Shown: positions 23,684 through 30,839 of the stretch, in pieces | Position numbering within the stretch: the first letter of the stretch is position 1 | Layout of the letters: every line of letters starts with the position of its first letter | NCBI RefSeq assembly: GCF_001462395.1 | Contig: NZ_LNTB01000001.1 | Coordinates: forward strand, 900,001-932,000 | From: Pyrodictium occultum | Lineage (GTDB): Archaea > Thermoproteota > Thermoprotei_A > Sulfolobales > Pyrodictiaceae | DNA length: 32,000 nucleotides | Reading direction: 5' to 3' | Notes under the pieces: model-generated | Seen by the model: only the letters and a program-made list of their open reading frames with translations | What the model was told of the DNA's origin: nothing | Databases searched by the model: none | Made by a program: the position numbers and the translations under genes

Positions 23684-24913
23684 ATGGGAGTCCTCCTGGC
23701 CTACTTCTACGAGGAGGACCAGCCTGCCCACGTGTACGCACGCTACGGGGTCATGGGGCTCCGGCACCGGGGCCCCAGGGTCTCCTACGCCGTGCTCCGC
23801 GGCGGTGGGCTGGAGGCGGGCAGCATCGACCCCTGGAGCGACGGCTGGAGCCTGCCCCCCGGCGGCGCGGTGGTGGCGGCCGTGGAGCCCACGGGGAGGC
23901 TCGCTGCCTCCAGGAGGGCGGCGGTGGCCGTCGACGGCGCCTGCAGCCCCGAGAAGGCCCTCAAGGCTGTCGAGGGGGCCCGGGGCCCCGGGGAGGCCGG
24001 GGAGGCCCTCGCCTCCCTCGAGGAGTTCGACGCCTGCAGCGTGGCGGCGCTGAGGGCGGACGGGGGCTACCTGCTCTACCGGGGCAGGCTCGGGGTGAGG
24101 CCCCTATCCGTCGGCGGCTACGGCTTCGACGCCCTCTACGCCGCGACCGAGACGGCGCCGATAACCCTGATGGGCGGCGAGCACCGCCACGACCTGGAGC
24201 CGGGCGAGGCGGTCTACGGGGACCGGTACAGCCTCGACACTGTGTCCGCGGGGAGGGGGAGGAGGGGCACCTCCCTCTTCGAGTACATCTACCTGGCCAG
24301 GCCCGACAGCCTTGTGGACGGCGTGAACGTCTACATGTTCCGGAGGGAGATGGGCCGCAGGCTCGCCCGCAGCCACCAGGTGGAGGTCGACGTCGTGGTG
24401 GGGGTCCCGGAGACCGCGCTCCCCTACGCCCTCGGCTACGCGGAGGAGAAGCGGGCCCCCCTGGAGCTGGCGCTGGTCTCCACACTGGGCAGGGTCCGCA
24501 CCGCTATCATGTCCACAGGCTCCGTGGAGGAGAGGCTGATGGCTCTCAGCCTGAAGTTCAACCCTGTACCGGGCGTGTTCGAGGGCAAGCGGGTAGCCGT
24601 GGTCGACGACAGCGTGGTCACCGGGCTCACGCTGAAGACGTTCATCCACCGCCTCTGGAGGAGCCAGGCGCCCCGCGAGATCCACGTGGCCGTCTCGAGC
24701 CCGAGGATAGTCGCCCCTTGCCCCCACCGGGTCCAGCTCCTCGACCCAGGGACGCTGATAGCCCGGCAGCTCCGCGACGAGCATATCAAGCGCGTGCTCG
24801 ACGTCGACAGCCTCGCATGGCTCCCCCTGGGGGAGGCGGTCTCCTACCTCAGGGCCCGCGGGGTCGACCCCTGCACGGCCTGCATGAGCGACAGGGAGGT
24901 GGCCGGGAAGTGA
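23684..24913 (+). CDS. PurF-like amidophosphoribosyltransferase paralog lacking the N-terminal Cys nucleophile
   Basis: 409-aa ORF. MGVLLAY replaces MCG, and LRHRGP is retained. The PRTase part is recognisable (LFEYIYLARPDS, VVVGVPETALPYALGYA, KFNPV, VAVVDDSVVTGLTLK). It lies in tandem with purF, 9 nt downstream. Confidence 0.8.
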   Translation: MGVLLAYFYEEDQPAHVYARYGVMGLRHRGPRVSYAVLRGGGLEAGSIDPWSDGWSLPPGGAVVAAVEPTGRLAASRRAAVAVDGACSPEKALKAVEGARGPGEAGEALASLEEFDACSVAALRADGGYLLYRGRLGVRPLSVGGYGFDALYAATETAPITLMGGEHRHDLEPGEAVYGDRYSLDTVSAGRGRRGTSLFEYIYLARPDSLVDGVNVYMFRREMGRRLARSHQVEVDVVVGVPETALPYALGYAEEKRAPLELALVSTLGRVRTAIMSTGSVEERLMALSLKFNPVPGVFEGKRVAVVDDSVVTGLTLKTFIHRLWRSQAPREIHVAVSSPRIVAPCPHRVQLLDPGTLIARQLRDEHIKRVLDVDSLAWLPLGEAVSYLRARGVDPCTACMSDREVAGK

Positions 24914-26388
24914 AGGTCCTCCTAGTCGGCAGCGGCGGCCGGGAGCACGCCCTCGCAGTACTGATGGCCAGGAGCGGCCTGGAGCCCAGGATAGCGGTGG
25001 TGAGCGACAAGAGGAACCCGGGCCTCGCCGAGGCCGCCGAGAGGACGGGGGGCAGGCTCTACACCGGGAAGCCCACGAGCCCGGCCGACGTGGCCAGGAC
25101 CGCCGAGGAGTGGAGCCCCGACCTCGTGGTCATAGGGCCGGAGGAGCCCCTCTTCGCCGGCGTGGCCGACGCGCTGAGGGAGAGGGGCTTCACCGTCTAC
25201 GGGCCCGGCGCGGCCCAGGCCAGGATCGAGAAGGACAAGGCCTACGCCAGGGAGCTGATGTGGCGCCACCGCATCCCGGGCCGGCTCCGCTACCGCGTCT
25301 TCACCGACCCGAGGGAGGCGGCCGAGTACGCCCGCGCGGCGGGCGACGTGGCGGTGAAGCCTGCCAGGCAGGCGGGCGGCCGCGGGGTGCGCGTCTTCGC
25401 CGAGCCCATGGAGCACCTGGGCTCGGCTGTGAGGGAGGCGGCCGCGGGCTACGCGGAGAGGCTCGCGGAGAGGATCCGGGAGAGCTACAGCGACATAGAG
25501 CACGCGGTGATAGTGGAGGAGAGGGTTGAGGGCGTAGAGTACACGGTCATGGCTGTCACCGACGGCTCCACGGTGGTGCCGCTCCCCGCGATCCAGGACC
25601 ACCCGCACCTCTTCACCTGGGACCTCGGCCCCGAGACGGGCGGCATGGGGGCGGTCAGCGGCCCCGGGACCACGCCCTCCTTCCTGGAGCCCGGTGAGTA
25701 CCGGGAGACCGTGGAGATCCTCGAGAAGACCGTGGAGGCTATCCGCGCCGACACCGGGGAGCCCTACCGGGGGACGCTGAGCGGCCAGATGATGCTCACC
25801 AGCCTCTGGGGCCCCACGGTGATAGAGTACTACGCCCGCTTCGGCGACCCGGAGACCGCCAACCTGGTCCACATGGTGGAGAGCGACTTCCTCGAGCTTC
25901 TCGACCGCGCGGCCTCGGGGAGGCTGGCCGGCTACAGGCTGGAGGTGGCGGAGGACACCTACGTGGTGACCATAGCCCTGGCGCCGGCGGGCTACCCGAA
26001 CAACCGCTCCATAGCCAGGGGCCACCCCGTGGCGGTGGACCGGGGGGCCGTGGAGAGGGAGGGCTGCAGCCTCCTCTACGCCGGCGTGGACGAGGGCCCC
26101 GGGGGCCTGGTCTCCACCGGCTCGAGGCTCGTGGAGATAGCCTGCCCGAGCACCAGGGGCTACGAGGACGCCGCGGCGAGGGCCCAGCGCGCCGCCTCGG
26201 CGGTGCGCCTGCTCGACGGCCACCCGCTGGTGTGGCGGCGCGACATAGGCTCCCGGAGCCACATCGAGGCCCGGGTGAGGCTCGCCGAGCGCGTGAGGAA
26301 GGCCTACCTGAGGCGCCGTGAGAGGGGCGAGACCAGGGTCTACGACTGGATCCCCGGTCGCGGCCTCCTGGTCTACGACTACGGCTAA
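24910..26388 (+). CDS. purD: phosphoribosylamine-glycine ligase
   Basis: This is the last 492 codons of track ORF 23671..26388. GTG 24910 overlaps the upstream stop (GTGA). It contains VKVLLVGSGGREHAL and an ATP-grasp region (VAVKPARQAGGRGVRV), and has a C-terminal extension. Confidence 0.9.
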   Translation: MKVLLVGSGGREHALAVLMARSGLEPRIAVVSDKRNPGLAEAAERTGGRLYTGKPTSPADVARTAEEWSPDLVVIGPEEPLFAGVADALRERGFTVYGPGAAQARIEKDKAYARELMWRHRIPGRLRYRVFTDPREAAEYARAAGDVAVKPARQAGGRGVRVFAEPMEHLGSAVREAAAGYAERLAERIRESYSDIEHAVIVEERVEGVEYTVMAVTDGSTVVPLPAIQDHPHLFTWDLGPETGGMGAVSGPGTTPSFLEPGEYRETVEILEKTVEAIRADTGEPYRGTLSGQMMLTSLWGPTVIEYYARFGDPETANLVHMVESDFLELLDRAASGRLAGYRLEVAEDTYVVTIALAPAGYPNNRSIARGHPVAVDRGAVEREGCSLLYAGVDEGPGGLVSTGSRLVEIACPSTRGYEDAAARAQRAASAVRLLDGHPLVWRRDIGSRSHIEARVRLAERVRKAYLRRRERGETRVYDWIPGRGLLVYDYG

Positions 26389-26448
26389 TTTCTTTCCCAT
26401 ACCCAGTCACCCGTGTACACCCCGTGAGCGTGGAGGTGTCCATCCGGG

Positions 26449-27699
26449 ATGGGCGTGCCCTCTAGGATGGAGAGGCTCCCCAGCCCCCTGGGCCCCGGAG
26501 CGGCTAGGATAGTCCTCCTGGGCGGAGGAGAGCTGGGCAAGGAGGTGGCCATCGAGGCGCAGAGGCTCGGCCTAGAGGTGGTCGTTGTCGACCGCTACGA
26601 CTGGGCCCCGGCGATGCACGTAGCCCACCGCCGCTACGTGGTCAACATGCTCGACGGCAGGGCGGTGGAGGCTATAGTGGAGAGGGAGAACCCGGTGGCT
26701 GTGATCCCCGAGATAGAGGCCGTGGACACGGAGGCCCTGGAGAGGCTGGAGGAGCGCGGCTTCCACGTCGTCCCCAACGCCAGGGCGGTCAAGATAGCGA
26801 TGAACAGGATCGAGCTGAGGCGCTGGGCCGCGGAGGAGCTGGGGCTGCCCACCACCAGGTACGCCTTCGCCTCGAGCCCGGAGGAGGCCTATGAGGCCTG
26901 CGAGCGCGTAGGCTACCCCTGCCTCATCAAGCCCGAGATGAGCAGTAGCGGCCACGGGCACGTCAAGGTCGAGGAGCCCAGCAGGAGGGCGGTGGAGGAG
27001 GCCTACATGGAGTCGATAAGGCACGCGCGCGGCGCGAGCAGGAGGGTGATAGTGGAGGAGTACGTCCAGCTCGAGACGGAGTACACTGTGCTCGCCTACC
27101 GCTGGCTGGACGGAGACAGGGTCAGGACGGATGCGATGGAGCCCGTGGAGCACTGGAGGTACGGGGAGTACCACTACATAGAGTCCTGGCAGCCCAGCAC
27201 CAGGCCCAGGGAGCTGCTGGACAAGGCCAGGGATATAGGGATAAGGGTGGCCGAGGGCCTCGGCGGGGTGGGCGTCTTCGGCGTCGAGCTGCTCCAGACC
27301 AGGGACGGCCGCCTCCTCTTCAGCGAGGTGGCCCCGAGGCCCCACGACACCGGCATGGTCACCATGGCGAGCCAGGATATGAGCGAGTTCCAGGTCCACG
27401 TCCGCGCCTCCGTGGGGCTGCCCGTGCCCAGGCCCAGGGTCCTCACCCCCGCCGCGAGCCTAGCGGTGTACACCGACCTCGACGGCGAGTGGTACCCGGT
27501 GCTCGACGGGGTCTACGAGGCCCTCGGGGAGCCGGGGGTGGAGGTGCGCTGGTTCGGCAAGCCCCGGACCTACAGGGGGCGCCGCATGGCGGTGGTGCTG
27601 GCCAGGGCGGAGACGGTGGAGGAGGCCAGGAGGAAGGCCCAGATGGCCGCCAGGAGGCTGAGAGTCACTCCGAGGGGTGAGGCCTCCAGGGGGCTCTAA
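26449..27699 (+). CDS. purT: formate-dependent phosphoribosylglycinamide formyltransferase (GAR transformylase 2)
   Basis: 416-aa ORF with IVLLGGGELGKEVAIEAQRLGLEVVVVDRYDWAPAMHVAH...VIPEIEAV...MNRIELRRWAAEELGLPTT, a close match to the PurT pattern. GGAGGTG lies upstream, and ATG 26467 is an alternative start. Confidence 0.9.
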   Translation: MGVPSRMERLPSPLGPGAARIVLLGGGELGKEVAIEAQRLGLEVVVVDRYDWAPAMHVAHRRYVVNMLDGRAVEAIVERENPVAVIPEIEAVDTEALERLEERGFHVVPNARAVKIAMNRIELRRWAAEELGLPTTRYAFASSPEEAYEACERVGYPCLIKPEMSSSGHGHVKVEEPSRRAVEEAYMESIRHARGASRRVIVEEYVQLETEYTVLAYRWLDGDRVRTDAMEPVEHWRYGEYHYIESWQPSTRPRELLDKARDIGIRVAEGLGGVGVFGVELLQTRDGRLLFSEVAPRPHDTGMVTMASQDMSEFQVHVRASVGLPVPRPRVLTPAASLAVYTDLDGEWYPVLDGVYEALGEPGVEVRWFGKPRTYRGRRMAVVLARAETVEEARRKAQMAARRLRVTPRGEASRGL

Positions 27700-28296
27700 T
27701 AGTAGTCGCCGGGGAGCCAGGCATTACACTACCTATTGTTACTTCTCTAACACCGGCTTCCAGCGCCACGCGCCTAGCCTCGAGGGCGTGTCGGCGGCTG
27801 GTAGGCAGCAGGTCCAGCATCCTGTGGTCCGGTGGAAGGCTAGGAGGACCAGCGGTATGTTCACCCCGTACTCCTCCATCAGGCCGGCTATGTAGCCCGC
27901 TATTCCACGCACCTCCTCGGCGTCGACGTAGCCTGGTACCAGGAGTATGCTTACCACCAGGAGCGGCGGCTCCGGCCTCTCCCTAGCCAGCTCGGCGGCT
28001 ATCCTTCAGCCTCTCAACAGCCCTGCGCCCATCGACCCGGTGAGGGCCTCGTAGACGCTGGGGCTCCAGGCCTTCCAGTCAACCTTCACTATGCCGCCGC
28101 CCTCGAGGCTGAGCCTGACAGCCTCCCTGAAGACCGCGGGGTTTGCAAGCCCATTGGTCTCCCAGCATATCCTCGGCGGCAGGCCCCTGTCCAGCCCGCC
28201 ATGCCCTCCCGCGTATCCTACCAGCCCCGGGCCATCTCTATATCCCTGCCAGCCGCCGGGTGGCGGCCGGGGAGGCGTGGTGGCTAGGGGCCTCAG
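27665..28296 (-). pseudogene. relic of a PflA/PflX-like radical SAM activase (C-terminal half only; in-frame stop and frameshift)
   Basis: The minus-strand hand translation reads ...RICWETNGLANPAVFREAVRLSLEGGGIVKVDWKAWSPSVYEALTGSMGAGLLRG*RIAAELARERPEPPLLVVSILLVPGYVDAEEVRGIAGYIAGLMEEYGVNIPLVLLAFH. The asterisk is TGA at 28006-28008. After a -1 shift near 27831 it continues PDHRMLDLLPTSRRHALEARRVALEAGVREVTIGSV. No CxxxCxxC core is present, and the 5' side abuts the purM start. Confidence 0.65.
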
Positions 28297-29278
28297 CTAC
28301 CGCGACGCCGGCGTCGACCTGGACGCCAGCGAGGCCATGCACCGCCTCGCCTCGAGGCTTCTCGCCGGCCGCCGGGAGGCCTACACCTCCTCCATAGAGC
28401 TTGGAGGCTACGAGCTGGTGCTCCACGTCGACGGCGTCGGCACCAAGACGCTGGTGCTGGAGAGGACCGGGAGGATGAGGGTCGCCGGCTGGGACTGCGT
28501 GGTCATGAACACCAATGATGTCGCCTGCGACGCCGCCAGGCCCCTGGCGCTGGTAGACTACATAGCCATGCCGAGGGCCGACGAGAGGGTGTTCCGGGAG
28601 GTCCTGGAGGGGGTCAGGGAGGCGGCGGAGGCTACGGGAGCGGCGCTGCTGGGCGGCGAGACCGCCGTGCTCCCGGGCCTCGCGGGCGGCGTGGACGTGG
28701 TCTGCACGGTGCTGGCTGTGAGGGAGAAGGGCTGGAGGGGGAACAGAGCGAAGCCCGGGGACGTGCTGCTCGGGCTGGAGAGCAGCGGGCTCCACGCCAA
28801 CGGCTACAGTCTGGCCAGGAGGATAGTGGAGGAGAGGCTGGGCGGCTACGACACGGTTGTGGAGAGCGTTAGGCTGGGGGAGGAGCTCTCGAAGCCAGTG
28901 GCCAACTACACCGCGTTCCTCCTCGAGGCCTGGCGCCGGGGCCTCATAACCGCGGCCGCCCACGTAACCGGCGGGGCCTTCACCAAGGTCAAGAGGATCC
29001 TCCCCCACGGCTCCGCGGCGGTGATGGAGATGCCCGAGCTCCCCGCCATATTCCGCATACTGATGGAGGCCGGGAGGGTGGAGCCCAGGGAGGCCTACCG
29101 CGTGTGGAACATGGGCATAGGCCTCGTGGTGGCCGCGCCCGGCGACCGCGCCGAGGAGGCCCTCTCCCTCGCCGAGAGGATGGGCCACCGGGCCCACCTG
29201 CTGGGCCGCGTGGAGGAGGCGGAGGGGGAGGAGCCGGCGGTGGTGCTCGAGACCATGTACGGCAGGATAGTCTACTAG
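28277..29278 (+). CDS. purM: phosphoribosylformylglycinamidine cyclo-ligase (AIR synthetase)
   Basis: This is the 3' 333 codons of track ORF 28091..29278. It starts at GTG 28277 or 28280, after GGGGAGG. It contains LSYRDAGVDLDA, HVDGVGTKT, MNTNDVACDAARPLALVDY and LLGGETA. Confidence 0.9.
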   Translation: MVARGLSYRDAGVDLDASEAMHRLASRLLAGRREAYTSSIELGGYELVLHVDGVGTKTLVLERTGRMRVAGWDCVVMNTNDVACDAARPLALVDYIAMPRADERVFREVLEGVREAAEATGAALLGGETAVLPGLAGGVDVVCTVLAVREKGWRGNRAKPGDVLLGLESSGLHANGYSLARRIVEERLGGYDTVVESVRLGEELSKPVANYTAFLLEAWRRGLITAAAHVTGGAFTKVKRILPHGSAAVMEMPELPAIFRILMEAGRVEPREAYRVWNMGIGLVVAAPGDRAEEALSLAERMGHRAHLLGRVEEAEGEEPAVVLETMYGRIVY

Positions 29279-29343
29279 CCCCCGGGGGAGGCCCGTGGAG
29301 GGCTAAAAACGCGGGTGCGGCCCCTGCTGCGGCGCTTGGAGGG

Positions 29344-30681
29344 CTAGCTCTTCTCCAGCTGATCCACCAGCTTCCTGAAGAAGTCCGCGTCCCTGTAGCC
29401 CAGTATGTAGAGGGTCTTGTTGCTCCCCTCAACCCACACTGCGAAGCTGGGCGTGCCCTGGAGCCCCGCCATGACCGCTGCGTGGGACGCCTCCTCCACC
29501 AGGCTGGCTGCGGGGCAGTCGGGGGTGGCGTTGAGCCTCTGCTCCTCCTCGCTCAGTAGCTTGCCCATGCTGTTGTAGAGCTGGCTCGCGCTGGCCAGCC
29601 CCTCCTGGTAGAGCTTGTAGACCTTGCTATATATCCTTGTGGCCTCCTCCAGGTAGGCGGTGGCGTTGCCCGTCCTATTGTAGTAGCATAGCAACAGCTC
29701 GTGCAGCCTGGTTACGTTGGGGTTCAGGTGCACCACGAGGTCGACTATATGGTAGGTGATCTTGCCCTCGTCCACGAGCTTCTTGATCTCGGGGAAGATG
29801 TCCCTGTAGAACCTGGCGCAGTAGGGGCAGGCGAAGTCCTCGTATATCGCGATGTGCACCCTCCCGTGGCCCAGGGCGGGGTGCCCCTCTATGCCGGGGG
29901 GCGGCCCCTCCCTCTCCACTGCCTCCACTGCGCCAGACTCCAGGAGGAGATCAGTTATATTGACGTCGGCTACCTCGTAGACGTTGTCGCTTATCCTCCT
30001 CACGCCGGGGACGCCCCTGTCCAGGGGCTGCTGGGAAACGGCGTAGAAGGCCGGCAGCTCCCTGGGGTCCACGCCGGCGGGCGGCTTCTTGACGTACTCG
30101 ACCCCGGTTATCTTGGCGGCGAAGAGGGATGAGAGGATTTCCATTATACTGCTCCCAGGCTTGAGCGAGTCCCTGTTCACCGTTGCGTAGGGCATGTCGC
30201 CCTCAACAACTAGCAGCTTGGCGGTGTACGCGTAGCTGGGCCTGGGGAGCCCCAGCCGGAGCGCCACCTGGGTCTCGAAGGCGGCTGTGTAGTCGTAGCG
30301 GAGGGGCCTCCAGCCGCCGGGCAGGGTCTCGTTCAGCAGCGCCCGGGCGAGCTCGCCGCTAACGTTGCCGGCCCTCACCAGTATCGCGGGGTAGACGCGC
30401 AGCCCCCTAAGCCCCGCGGCCTCGGCGGTGGCATTGCAGAACCTGGTGCCGTTGGGGAGGAGCCCCGCCAGCTGCCTACTGAGCAGCTCCTGGACCACCG
30501 AGGCGAGCTTCTCCTGCCCCTTCTCGTAGACGACCATCACTGCTGGGCCGCTGCCGCACGCCCGGGGCCCGGCCGCGCTGGAGGCGGCGGTTCCCCCGCC
30601 CCGGTGGGTTAGGAGCAGCGCCGCGGCAGCCGCCACGGCCACCGCTACAGCTACTGCAGCGTAGAGCCTCCAGCCGCGCAT
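29344..30681 (-). CDS. membrane-anchored/secreted DsbA-like thiol:disulfide oxidoreductase with a large N-terminal domain of unknown function
   Basis: 445-aa ORF with an N-terminal hydrophobic anchor (LYAAVAVAVAVAAAAALLL). The C-terminal thioredoxin-fold part has IAIYEDFACPYCARFY (CPYC) and GTPSFAVW. I count ten N-x-S/T sequons. Confidence 0.75.
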   Translation of the reverse strand: MRGWRLYAAVAVAVAVAAAAALLLTHRGGGTAASSAAGPRACGSGPAVMVVYEKGQEKLASVVQELLSRQLAGLLPNGTRFCNATAEAAGLRGLRVYPAILVRAGNVSGELARALLNETLPGGWRPLRYDYTAAFETQVALRLGLPRPSYAYTAKLLVVEGDMPYATVNRDSLKPGSSIMEILSSLFAAKITGVEYVKKPPAGVDPRELPAFYAVSQQPLDRGVPGVRRISDNVYEVADVNITDLLLESGAVEAVEREGPPPGIEGHPALGHGRVHIAIYEDFACPYCARFYRDIFPEIKKLVDEGKITYHIVDLVVHLNPNVTRLHELLLCYYNRTGNATAYLEEATRIYSKVYKLYQEGLASASQLYNSMGKLLSEEEQRLNATPDCPAASLVEEASHAAVMAGLQGTPSFAVWVEGSNKTLYILGYRDADFFRKLVDQLEKS

Positions 30682-30796
30682 ACTCCACCAATCCTCGCTG
30701 CTGCCCCGTGGGGCTTGGACCCTAAATTGCGCTGCCCCATACAGCGCTCCGAGTGTGCGGCGAAACAGCGAATACCCGCAGAGACCCCCGGGGATG

Positions 30797-30803
30797 TATA
30801 TAT
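30797..30803 (+). promoter_or_regulatory. TATA-like box upstream of the M32 carboxypeptidase gene
   Basis: tatatat is centred about 40 nt upstream of ATG 30840. GGGAG lies 3 nt before the ATG. Confidence 0.35.
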
Positions 30804-30839
30804 GGAGGCCTGCTCCTGCTGGGCGAGGCGTGGGAGCTA

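Noticed and set aside
23671-24909. N-terminal 413 codons of the 905-aa track ORF 23671..26388
   Set aside because: This part is an out-of-frame overlap of the PurF-like gene and is extremely R/G/P-rich. PurD homology begins at GTG 24910.
24922-26400. 492-aa ORF on the minus strand
   Set aside because: It is antisense to purD. This is the same high-GC artefact.
28006-28008. In-frame TGA in the PflX-like relic as selenocysteine or programmed readthrough
   Set aside because: The gene also lacks its entire N-terminal rSAM core and has a frameshift, so it is a relic rather than a recoded gene. I noticed no SECIS-like context.
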